Both the position numbers and the translations under genes were made by a program. Shown in pieces: positions 19,049-27,952 of a DNA stretch of 64,000 bases (its first letter is position 1; every line of letters starts with the position of its first letter). The notes under the pieces are model-generated. The model was given only the letters and a program-made list of their open reading frames with translations, searched no databases and was not told the origin of the DNA. Origin of the DNA: an uncultured Candidatus Saccharibacteria bacterium (GTDB lineage Bacteria > Patescibacteriota > WWE3 > 2-01-FULL-39-13); NCBI GenBank assembly GCA_965230915.1, contig OZ246395.1:600935-664934 (forward strand). Reading direction: 5' to 3'.

Positions 19049-19378
19049 TTATCTATTATCCCCACTACCCTGCAAAACGCCTCGGGTTTTGCGGTCTAAA
19101 AGCTTTTGAATATTAAGTTCAGCCACATCATTCAGTTCAAATCCAAATTCGCTAGAAAGTTGAGAAACGTACCAGAGTACGTCTCCCAATTCTTTTTTTA
19201 TAAGTTCGCGAGTTTCGTCAGAAACAACGCCGTTTGAATCCCTTAAGACTTTTTTCACTTTTTCGGCAATTTCCCCGGATTCGCCAGATAATCCGAGTGT
19301 CGGATAAACAAAGTTTTTGCCTAAGTCAGGATACATTGCTGTTTCGCGAGATTTTGTTTGGTATTCTTTAAAGTCCAT
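19049..19378 (-). CDS. MazG-like nucleoside triphosphate pyrophosphohydrolase
   Basis: LGLSGESGEIAEKVKK and KELGDVLWY; C-terminal GSGDNR. Confidence 0.9.
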   Translation of the reverse strand: MDFKEYQTKSRETAMYPDLGKNFVYPTLGLSGESGEIAEKVKKVLRDSNGVVSDETRELIKKELGDVLWYVSQLSSEFGFELNDVAELNIQKLLDRKTRGVLQGSGDNR

Positions 19379-19686
19379 CAGGCTTTTTCCTTAAATTTAG
19401 AAATAACAAATTCGATAGTATATCCAAAGAAATAAATAAGTGCGGTATGTATAGCAAAAAGAGTTAAATAATAAATAAAAGGCCAATCTGAAAAAGTTAC
19501 TTGCTCCAATATATCTTCATTCAAAAATACAAGTGGCATCACAATCAATATAGATATGGAACAGAACGAATTACCTAATATCGATCCACTTGAAAGCATT
19601 ATGCAGAGCGAAAATAATAAAAGAGAGATGAACAAAATAACAAAGTATATTCTTGCAAACAACCATCCAAGCTTAGATCTTTTCAT
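19378..19686 (-). CDS. Hypothetical membrane protein
   Basis: About 3 hydrophobic segments; stop overlaps the MazG-like start. Confidence 0.65.
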   Translation of the reverse strand: MKRSKLGWLFARIYFVILFISLLLFSLCIMLSSGSILGNSFCSISILIVMPLVFLNEDILEQVTFSDWPFIYYLTLFAIHTALIYFFGYTIEFVISKFKEKA

Positions 19687-19723
19687 AAATATATCCTATT
19701 TGATTTAAGCACAAAGACCAAGA

Positions 19724-21082
19724 TCAAATATTCTTAGCTAAATCACTGATATTCACTCTAATCTGTTCTGTAGTATCGCGATCGCGAATTGTTACAGTGT
19801 TATCTTCTAAAGTCTGGTAATCAATTGTGATACCTTTTGGAGTTCCAATCTCATCTTGTGAATAATAGCGTTTTCCGACATTTCCACGGTCATCCCATGC
19901 AACTCTAAAACCCTGATCGACCAATTGTGCAAAAACTTCTTTGGCTTTGTTAACGATTTCAGGTTTATTTTTTACTAATGGGAACACTGCAACATTATAT
20001 GGAGCAATATTCTTGTGTAATTTTAAAACCACACGGTCTCCGTCTTCGGAATACGCATTGTCTAAAAGCGCGTACATAGTTCGGTTTATTCCGATCGAAA
20101 TTTCGATAACATTTGGAATAAATTTGGCTCCAGTTTCAGGATCTGTGTATGTAAAATCGACCCCGCTAAATTGCATATGGCGGCTTAAGTCCCAGTCTCC
20201 ACGATGATTAAGTGGTGAAAGTTCAAACCATTTTCCTGATGACGATTCAAATTCAAAATCATTTTGAATTTTTGCATAGTGAGACATTTCCTCTTTTGGA
20301 ATTTCGCGATATCGAAATTTCTCGCGAGGCATTCCAAGTTTTTCGACGAACCATGTGAGCATGAATTCTTTCCAATAATTATAGAATTTCTCAGCTTCTT
20401 CGGGAGATGTGAAAAATTCCATCTCCATCTGTTCAAATTCGCGAGTTCGATAAATAAAGTCTTTTGTAGTAATTTCGTTTCTAAATGCCTTTCCCATTTG
20501 GGCAATTCCAAAAGGAACTTTCATACGCATAGACTGAAGCACATTTAAATACTGTAAGAAAATAACCTGGCAGGTTTCTCCGCGTAAAAAGGCTTTTACT
20601 TTGTTGCCGTCGGTGCTTCCGAGCTCAGCTTCTACCATTAAGTTAAATGATTGAAGCTTAGTTAATTCATTACCTTCTGGGCTTTTTATGCCATTTTCTT
20701 CGATGATTTTTTGCATTTCATCAAAAGACATTTTTGCTGTATCGATTCCTAATTTTTCTTCAATTAAATGGTCGGCTCTATATCGAACATGAGTTTTCTT
20801 GTCTTCAACTAAAGGATCATTAAAGGCAGAAACATGACCGCTGGCTTCCCATGTTTTTGGATGGCTGAATATAGCCCCATCTAAACCTACTACGTCTAAA
20901 CGGCTTTCGACGAATGACTTCCACCAAAGGTCTTTAATGTTTTTGAGCATTTGGGCTCCCAAAGGGCCATAGTCATAAGTGGCTGAAAATCCTCCATAAA
21001 TTTCTGACGAAGGATATACAAACCCTCTTCTTTTGGTTAACGATATAACTTTTTGTGAGATTGATTGATCTTTTTGATCCAT
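19724..21082 (-). CDS. glyQS: Glycine--tRNA ligase, alpha2 (eukaryote/archaea-like) type
   Basis: RRGFVYPSSEIYGG, DYGPLG, WEASGH, LRGETCQ, GKAFRNEI, RTREFEQMEME, anticodon-binding GKRYYSQDEIGTP. Confidence 0.96.
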   Translation of the reverse strand: MDQKDQSISQKVISLTKRRGFVYPSSEIYGGFSATYDYGPLGAQMLKNIKDLWWKSFVESRLDVVGLDGAIFSHPKTWEASGHVSAFNDPLVEDKKTHVRYRADHLIEEKLGIDTAKMSFDEMQKIIEENGIKSPEGNELTKLQSFNLMVEAELGSTDGNKVKAFLRGETCQVIFLQYLNVLQSMRMKVPFGIAQMGKAFRNEITTKDFIYRTREFEQMEMEFFTSPEEAEKFYNYWKEFMLTWFVEKLGMPREKFRYREIPKEEMSHYAKIQNDFEFESSSGKWFELSPLNHRGDWDLSRHMQFSGVDFTYTDPETGAKFIPNVIEISIGINRTMYALLDNAYSEDGDRVVLKLHKNIAPYNVAVFPLVKNKPEIVNKAKEVFAQLVDQGFRVAWDDRGNVGKRYYSQDEIGTPKGITIDYQTLEDNTVTIRDRDTTEQIRVNISDLAKNI

Positions 21083-21086
21083 TTTT

Positions 21087-21216
21087 GTCTCCTAAACAAT
21101 TAAATAAATAACTGTCAGGGACGAAAGGATATCTTCCGCGGTTCCACCCTAGTTCCTGATTTTGCCCAGGCGCTTTTAGTATAAAAACTCAGAGGTTTCC
21201 AGGCCTCTTCAACGTT
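21087..21216 (-). ncRNA. Minimal Gly T-box riboswitch (ultrashort Stem I, no Stem II, translational platform)
   Basis: Stem I AAC-GTTGA-AGAGG-CCTGGAAA-CCTCT-GA-GTT (21186-21216) with GGA at 21198-21200. Stem III CCTG...CAGG (21155-21170). AGGG-TGGAACC-GCGGA...TTCGT-CCCT (21117-21150). Alternative helix covers the SD AGGAG (21089-21093). Confidence 0.88.
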
Positions 21217-21225
21217 CTTACCGAA

Positions 21226-21240
21226 ATTATACTATATAAT
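21226..21240. promoter_or_regulatory. Back-to-back -10 hexamers for the glyQS leader (-) and recO (+)
   Basis: TATAAT on the minus strand at 21226-21231 and on the plus strand at 21235-21240. Confidence 0.5.
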
Positions 21241-21256
21241 CTATCTGTTCAATAAT

Positions 21257-21886
21257 ATGGAAAAACACTTAAAAACAAAGGCAATTGTCCTAAAACGATC
21301 AAATTATAAAGAAGCCGACCGTTTAGTTACTTTATATACCGAAGACAAAGGCAAAATAACGACTATCGCCAAAGGCATTAGAAAAACTACCTCTAGCAAA
21401 CGTGGCCATTTAGAGCTATTTAATCTAGTGGATATCGAGGCCATTGACCACAAGGGGTGGTATATTTTGACCCAAGCACAATCTATAGAGACTTTTTCTA
21501 AAATTAAAGAAGATTTGACGGTAACTGCTTATGCCTATTATATTAGTGAAATTTTCGAAAAGCTTGTTACTGAAGATGAGCCAAACGATGTTTTATTTAG
21601 ACTACTCAGAAAGACTTTAACTTTTATAGATAAATTCCCAACTCTAACCTTGGTAAATGCATTCAACCTAAAACTCTTAAAATTATTAGGGTTTTATTCG
21701 AGATCTCAAACTAAAAATCTGGCTCAATATATAGTTCAATATTTGAATGAAATTGAGATGAGTAGATATGAGTTTTTATCTACTAGAGCGTACGAGCCTA
21801 CAATAGAAAAACAGGCCCACAGTTTTTTAAAAAACTTCACGGAAAGTGTTTTGGAACGGGGTATTAAAACTAAATTAGATCCTTAA
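21257..21886 (+). CDS. recO: DNA repair protein RecO
   Basis: AIVLKRSNYKEADRLVTLYT..GKI...AKGIRK, LELFN, FNLKLLKLLGF. Confidence 0.93.
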   Translation: MEKHLKTKAIVLKRSNYKEADRLVTLYTEDKGKITTIAKGIRKTTSSKRGHLELFNLVDIEAIDHKGWYILTQAQSIETFSKIKEDLTVTAYAYYISEIFEKLVTEDEPNDVLFRLLRKTLTFIDKFPTLTLVNAFNLKLLKLLGFYSRSQTKNLAQYIVQYLNEIEMSRYEFLSTRAYEPTIEKQAHSFLKNFTESVLERGIKTKLDP

Positions 21887-21890
21887 TAGA

Positions 21891-23984
21891 TTACTTAATT
21901 TCTAGAGTTTTATCTGCATTTAGAAGAACATCCTGACTGACCCCATCTAGACCAATTTTATAGCTATCGGTACTCGATCCGGATTGTCTTTGAATCAAGA
22001 TTTTGTAGTCATCTGTGTTTACTGTAGCTGGTAACTCGTATGTAAATGTAACATCCAAGTCAGTTTCTTTCATTTGAGTAGTGAATGATTCGAAGTAGGT
22101 CTTTCCAACTGTATCATCTTGGTACTCTGCTCCATGTGCGTCTTGGCCGTCTGATGCGGTTACAGAGATCATCTTTGATCCAGAAGGGGCATAGACTCTT
22201 AAATAACCTTTATAGAAACAGCAAGGATCAATATTGTACCAGTCAGGTCTCTTTGGATTATGAATTGTTACCTTAACAGTGCTAATTTTCTTTCCGTCTT
22301 TGACTTCAACGTTTTTAGTAACAGTTTGTGTGACAAAACCTTCTTTAGTCCAATCAGCCTTACCTGAACCAAAGTTACTACGATTTACATGAAGATAATC
22401 ATAACCTTCTGGTGTTGGAGATATTCTTCCTCCATATCCCAAGTCTTCAAATGCTTTTTGCACAGCTGGATCGAAAGAATATAAAACAATATCTTTCTTA
22501 CTCATTGAATCGAGCATAACTTTTGTAATATTTACCAAGTTAGTAGCTTCTGAAGTGAATACTTTTTCTAGAATTGATTGACCTAGGAATTTGATAATTT
22601 CTTTTCTTCCAATAGTTTCAGCAAGTTTTCCGCCGGCAATGTCTTCTAAGTTTTCGATAACATTGTCAGCATTAAATTCGGTTACTGGAATAGTGATGTA
22701 AGAACCTGTGTCAGTTCTGATTGAATATTTTTCAGTATTAACTGGGCCAACAGCTCTAAGTAAATCTACGGCAATGTCGTTATTAATTTGGATAACTCCA
22801 TCAATTTGCTGTGGAAGAGATCGGTCTTTATTCCAGAATTCGGTTAGCAACATATTTGCAGCCTGTGGGAAGTCAGCGTTTGTGCTGGTAGCATCACGAG
22901 CGTACAAACGGGCTCCACGATCTTGAATATACAAGTATCGGCCTAAGAAATAAGGTACATTTCGGCTAACCAAGTTTGAGGAACCTGTTCTATCTCCTTC
23001 ATCAATAAAGTATGTATCGATTGAATAAGTAATTTGTGGAATACCCTGGTTGAACTCAGCAACAATAATATATGTATTGAATCCACCGGACATACGAAGC
23101 TCGTAGTTATTAGCCATTAAAATAAGATAGCGTTTTGGAGCATTTAGTCCCATAAATTCTGGAACGGCATTAAAGAATGATTCAAATTGTGGAGCTTTGT
23201 CTGCAAGTTCTGATGAAATTGCCTGCATTCCTAGAATTTGTTCTCTAACATTTATATTTGGGTCAACTCCAAAGTATGAAACGAAGCCTGGAAGACTTCT
23301 TGGATATCTCGATGCATCGATTTGTGCGAGTTCGCTATCTATTTTCTGCATTTTATCTGAAATCTCGCTAACCTTGCTCGAGAATTGAGGCATAAGTCTA
23401 ATTAGTTTGATAACACGTTCCTGTGCCGGAATACTTGTTGCATCTTTACCTTCTGTAGCAAATCCTAAATCTGCCGCATGTGGTTCTAATATAGATATTG
23501 TAAGTTCACCTAGTTCTATACCCTGCTCTGCAACTGAAAGCATTCTCTGTGAATCTTGATAATAAGCTTCTGTACCCGGAATATGTCTAATCATAGACAT
23601 GTTACTTTCATATACACTTTCGAATTCTGCTAATTCACTCTTGGTTTTTTCTAGTCCGTTTTTAACTTCATCAAAATCCTGTTCATGTAACCCCTGGTTT
23701 ATTGAAGCGGTACTGTCTTTAAGTTCTTGAGCTTTGGCCATAATATTTAGCATCGGCCTAACTACAAAGAAATAAGCTGCAATTAGCAATACAACTAAAA
23801 TAGCGGCAAGTACTCCTAATACTCTTAAAACTATCTTCATATTTATATTGATTTTGGGCATTTTAAAACCCTTTGAAGGGGTACTATTAAAGCTAGAAGT
23901 CGTGTTAGCTCCAAATCCAGATTTCGCTGGTTGAGAAAAAGTTGGGGTTAATCGTTTCATATATGAATTTTGATACTTGATCAA
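21891..23984 (-). CDS. DUF4012-family membrane-anchored protein
   Basis: TM plus helical stalk, then RYLILMANNYELRMSGGF, RDA..NADFP, IDGVI, YLRVYAPSGS, IQRQSG. Start may be the ATG at 23963. Confidence 0.8.
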   Translation of the reverse strand: MIKYQNSYMKRLTPTFSQPAKSGFGANTTSSFNSTPSKGFKMPKININMKIVLRVLGVLAAILVVLLIAAYFFVVRPMLNIMAKAQELKDSTASINQGLHEQDFDEVKNGLEKTKSELAEFESVYESNMSMIRHIPGTEAYYQDSQRMLSVAEQGIELGELTISILEPHAADLGFATEGKDATSIPAQERVIKLIRLMPQFSSKVSEISDKMQKIDSELAQIDASRYPRSLPGFVSYFGVDPNINVREQILGMQAISSELADKAPQFESFFNAVPEFMGLNAPKRYLILMANNYELRMSGGFNTYIIVAEFNQGIPQITYSIDTYFIDEGDRTGSSNLVSRNVPYFLGRYLYIQDRGARLYARDATSTNADFPQAANMLLTEFWNKDRSLPQQIDGVIQINNDIAVDLLRAVGPVNTEKYSIRTDTGSYITIPVTEFNADNVIENLEDIAGGKLAETIGRKEIIKFLGQSILEKVFTSEATNLVNITKVMLDSMSKKDIVLYSFDPAVQKAFEDLGYGGRISPTPEGYDYLHVNRSNFGSGKADWTKEGFVTQTVTKNVEVKDGKKISTVKVTIHNPKRPDWYNIDPCCFYKGYLRVYAPSGSKMISVTASDGQDAHGAEYQDDTVGKTYFESFTTQMKETDLDVTFTYELPATVNTDDYKILIQRQSGSSTDSYKIGLDGVSQDVLLNADKTLEIK

Positions 23985-24007
23985 TTTACCATTTCAAATT
24001 TTATTTT

Positions 24008-24661
24008 TCAATATGCCCCTTCGCCCTTAATTATCGCGAACGGAGTCTTTATTAATAACTTTAAATCAAATTGCAATGAATGATGGTCAGCATAATAAAC
24101 ATCCATATCTATTCTTTGATCAAAAGTAATATTTGAACGACCATAAACCTGCCAGTACCCTGTAATACCGGGAACAACGGAAGTGATCTTTTTTAATTTT
24201 TCAGCATTTTCTGGGCTTTTAGCAGCATATAATTCAAACTCGTCTGGTCTTAAGGCTCGTGGACCAACAATACTCATATCTCCTTTTATTACATTTAGCA
24301 TCTGTGGAAATTCATCAATTGAATATTTACGGATAAACCTTCCGAATTTAGTTATACGTGGGTCATTAACAATCTTGTTGTTTCCACTTCTTATTTGTTT
24401 ATACAGTTCTGGATCTTTAAATAGCAATTCGTCGGCATTCATGATCATCGATCTGAATTTATAGAATTCAAAAAGCTTGCCCCCGAGCCCAACGCGTTTC
24501 TGATGATAAAAAGGTGTGTATTTATCCTGAAACCAGATTATTAGCATTGTGGCTATATATATAGGTGAAAAAACAATAATAAAAGCTATAGCCATAACGA
24601 TATCTAGAAGTCTTTTAAGTGGGTTAATTGGGCTTATGCTATTTTGAGCTTCGTTTTCCAT
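24008..24661 (-). CDS. Priming polyprenyl-phosphate sugar-1-P transferase (WbaP/WcaJ C-terminal type)
   Basis: KRLLDI, FYKFRSM, DPRITKFGRFIRKYSIDEFPQ, GDMSIVGPR, PGITGYWQV. Confidence 0.93.
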   Translation of the reverse strand: MENEAQNSISPINPLKRLLDIVMAIAFIIVFSPIYIATMLIIWFQDKYTPFYHQKRVGLGGKLFEFYKFRSMIMNADELLFKDPELYKQIRSGNNKIVNDPRITKFGRFIRKYSIDEFPQMLNVIKGDMSIVGPRALRPDEFELYAAKSPENAEKLKKITSVVPGITGYWQVYGRSNITFDQRIDMDVYYADHHSLQFDLKLLIKTPFAIIKGEGAY

Positions 24662-24719
24662 ATTTAGTTGCAGTATGACTCTATTTTCGCAAGCGATTTA
24701 TATCACGAAGTGAAAAAGA

Positions 24720-25805
24720 TCATGTATATGATCTTATATTACGTGTAAATTCGTCTTTCGTAAATTTATTTGCCTGAATTATACAGTTTTTAGCCTCAAT
24801 CTCAATTTCATCAAATTTAGATAAAGCCGATTTTAAGCTATCTGTCGTTTGGTTATCAAAAAACAAACCAGTCTTTTTTTCGATAATTGTTTCAAGTGCA
24901 CCACCAGCCTTGTACGCAATAACAGGCACTCCAAAAGATTGCGCCTCAACAGATGTAATTCCAAAGTCTTCTTTTTGAGTCATGATAATTGCCTTTGAGC
25001 CTAAATAATTTTGTATCAAATCGGAATCATTCAGTCGACCCATAAATTTTACGTAATTTTTGTCGGCCATATTTTCTAAAGCTTCTTTATATCTTCCTTG
25101 ACCTACTATTCTTAAATTTTGTTTTAGTTCACTACAAGCTTTTACGGCTAGCTCTATTCGCTTCCACTTTTCTAATCGTGAAACCAAAATGTAATAGTCA
25201 CCTTTGGGTGCCTTTACTTGATTCGATATATTCAGATCGTGATATGGATAAACAACATCCGACTCACGATTCCAATATTTCTTTATCCTTTTTTGTATAG
25301 TTTTTGAATTGGCTAAAAGAATATCCGGATATTTTGAAACATGTTTATCCCATGCTCGCATCAATAATAAAAAAGGATAAAGCAAAATTACTGCGTACTT
25401 ATTAAAGTAAGAATGTGGTTCCCAAACCATACGCGCGGGAGAGTTTATATAAGCAATATGTTTAGCTTCCGATTTGGTGCGAACACCATGCGCAAAGCGG
25501 GCCGATGATGAAATTACTAAATCATATTGGTTTAAATTAAAAAGCCAAAAAGCAGGCTGATAAAAAATGGCGAGAGCTTTATAAAACTTTTCCTTTTTAG
25601 GAATTTTATTTAGAAAACTTGTATGAATTTTTAAATTGGGATTTTTTGCTAATAGCCGATCGATCCATTCTTTAGAAATTATTGAAGTATACAAATCTGC
25701 ATTCGGGAAAATCTCTAATAAACATTCAACAAGCTTTTCTGCTCCGCCCTTTTGAATGAAATCATCGTGAACAATTGCAATTTTTTTATCAGAAAGCTTG
25801 CTCAT
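24720..25805 (-). CDS. GT4 glycosyltransferase (WbaZ-like)
   Basis: IVHDDF..GGAEK, SRLEKWKR, EDFGITSVEAQSFG. Confidence 0.88.
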   Translation of the reverse strand: MSKLSDKKIAIVHDDFIQKGGAEKLVECLLEIFPNADLYTSIISKEWIDRLLAKNPNLKIHTSFLNKIPKKEKFYKALAIFYQPAFWLFNLNQYDLVISSSARFAHGVRTKSEAKHIAYINSPARMVWEPHSYFNKYAVILLYPFLLLMRAWDKHVSKYPDILLANSKTIQKRIKKYWNRESDVVYPYHDLNISNQVKAPKGDYYILVSRLEKWKRIELAVKACSELKQNLRIVGQGRYKEALENMADKNYVKFMGRLNDSDLIQNYLGSKAIIMTQKEDFGITSVEAQSFGVPVIAYKAGGALETIIEKKTGLFFDNQTTDSLKSALSKFDEIEIEAKNCIIQANKFTKDEFTRNIRSYT

Positions 25806-26943
25806 AGACCTTTAGAGTTTCTTGGGCCATTTTGCTCCACGAATAGTTTTTAATATTCTCAAAGCCTTTTCTTATTAAATCATTTCGCAAATTTTCATCC
25901 GAGACAATTTGATTTAATTTTTCAGTTATATCGATATTACTATTCGGATCAAAATATAAAACAGAATCCCCAAAAATTTCACGGTGTGTCGGAATATCTG
26001 ATAAAACGACCGGCGCTCCAAATGCTTGAGCTTCTAATGGCGTTATACTAAAACCTTCTTTTAAAGATGGAAATACATAAGCCAATGCGCCCCTATATAA
26101 ATAAGCTAAATCTTTATCAGAAACATATTTTGCACCTTCGGAAAATTTTGCAGCATAAATTACTTTTCCGTCTAAATTTAGTGCGTGACTAAATGCAGCT
26201 GTTCTTTGTGAAAAGTCATCGATTTTTCCGGCGATTATTAATTGGTTATTTAATCTTGTTCGATCTAAAAATTCTTTATACGAAACTATTAATGTATTTA
26301 AATTTTTATGTGGATATGCACTGCCTACATATAGAAAATATCTCGATTTGATTCCCATCTCTTCGATGCGTGTTAGTAAGACTCGTTCGTCTCTCGGAGC
26401 TTGGGCCTTAAGTGAATCATCAACACCTTCGTTACTAACAATAATTTTTTCTGGTTTAATTTTGAGTTTTTGAATAACTTCGTCACGAACTGTTGCAGAT
26501 GGCGTAATTATTTTTTTAGCATGATGTGCAGCAGTATTAATTACAAACTTATATGCAGCCTTTTTCGCCTGGTACATTGGACCAGGAAGTGTTGTTGCTG
26601 ATTTCGAATCGAATTCATGCATTGTTAAATCATGAATTGTGATTACGGTTTTGCCGCGATATAAAACTGGCACATTAAAGTGTGGAACATGCAATAAATC
26701 TAAATTCGCACGCATGTATTCTGTTAGTAAAAGTGTTTGCTCTTCGAGTGAGTACCAAGGAATATCAGCAATCCATTTTTTAAAATTTGGATTTTTTGGT
26801 TTGTACTGTTCACTTCCCTTTTTTGTTAGAAAAATTACGTATTGGTTTTTATTGTCGATTTTTTCGAGTTCAGTAATAAGGTTTGAGACGTAACGGCCTG
26901 GGCCGGCGACTCCATAAAAACGTGCATCGATTCCGATTTTCAT
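25789..26943 (-). CDS. GT4 glycosyltransferase (MtfB-like)
   Basis: KIGIDAR, TIHDL, PHKN, FPSLKEGFSITPLEA. Confidence 0.88.
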   Translation of the reverse strand: MKIGIDARFYGVAGPGRYVSNLITELEKIDNKNQYVIFLTKKGSEQYKPKNPNFKKWIADIPWYSLEEQTLLLTEYMRANLDLLHVPHFNVPVLYRGKTVITIHDLTMHEFDSKSATTLPGPMYQAKKAAYKFVINTAAHHAKKIITPSATVRDEVIQKLKIKPEKIIVSNEGVDDSLKAQAPRDERVLLTRIEEMGIKSRYFLYVGSAYPHKNLNTLIVSYKEFLDRTRLNNQLIIAGKIDDFSQRTAAFSHALNLDGKVIYAAKFSEGAKYVSDKDLAYLYRGALAYVFPSLKEGFSITPLEAQAFGAPVVLSDIPTHREIFGDSVLYFDPNSNIDITEKLNQIVSDENLRNDLIRKGFENIKNYSWSKMAQETLKVYEQAF

Positions 26944-26957
26944 ATGTAGATTATAGC

Positions 26958-27845
26958 CTATTTAATTCGAGAGGTACGAATTTTTTCTAAAATATTAATT
27001 GCAAATAGAATGAATCCTGTAGCGAATTTAGGATATTTCTTAGAATAATGCTTCTCATAAAAGAGCCTCATGGCTTGGGTTCTGGCTTTGCTCATTTTTA
27101 GACGCGTTTCTTTTGATGCTTTAGAAACATCTCCGGTTTCTTTGCGAATTCCGACAGAAACACCTTTATAATGTAATGATTCAAATTGTGGCAAATACAT
27201 TAATTTATAACCGGCCTGTTTAATTCGATAACACATGTCGACGTCTTCTCCATATACAAAGTAGTCTTCGTCCCATAAGCCAATTTTGTCTAAGATTTCG
27301 CGGCGCATGAGCATAAAATGCGAAATGCATAGATCAATTTCATGTGGAATATCCATATTTTCGTATCCCATAAAGTATTGGTTAAAAGTTTTTGATTTTG
27401 GAAATACTTTGTTTAGTTTTGAGAAATGTGTGAGCGCCGCCCAAGGGGTAGGAAAACCTCGGTGTGCATCAGGATCTAAAGTGCCATCTCTCAAAATAAG
27501 TTTACAGGTTGCGGCGCCGACATCTTTATTAGCTTCGAAATAGTCGACCATTCCTGAAATCGTGCTCTCTTTCGGAAAAGCATCGCTTCCCATATACAAA
27601 AGATAATCACCTTTCGAATTTTTTATTCCGAGGTTGTACCCGGCAGAAATTCCTCTATTCTCAGCCTTAATTGCAATTACATATGAGAAATTTTCTTTTA
27701 CTGCATCATAAGAGCCATCGCTGGAACCATTATCGACAACAATAATTTCTAAATTTTTATAGTCGGATTTATGTAAATTGCGAATGCAATCTAATAAAAC
27801 ATCTCTGGTGTTGTAATTTACGATAATGACTGAAACGAGTTTCAT
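26958..27845 (-). CDS. GT2 glycosyltransferase (WbbL/RfbF-like)
   Basis: SVIIVNYN, VVDNGSSDGS, DEDYFVYGEDVDMCYR. Confidence 0.88.
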   Translation of the reverse strand: MKLVSVIIVNYNTRDVLLDCIRNLHKSDYKNLEIIVVDNGSSDGSYDAVKENFSYVIAIKAENRGISAGYNLGIKNSKGDYLLYMGSDAFPKESTISGMVDYFEANKDVGAATCKLILRDGTLDPDAHRGFPTPWAALTHFSKLNKVFPKSKTFNQYFMGYENMDIPHEIDLCISHFMLMRREILDKIGLWDEDYFVYGEDVDMCYRIKQAGYKLMYLPQFESLHYKGVSVGIRKETGDVSKASKETRLKMSKARTQAMRLFYEKHYSKKYPKFATGFILFAINILEKIRTSRIK

Positions 27846-27952
27846 TTATTTGAGTATAATGTTTTGAATAACTTCTGCAATTACTACTATGTTTTTCTTT
27901 ATCTCTGGTATATTTGGTATATTAAGAAGCAGACAACTTTTTAACGATTTTC

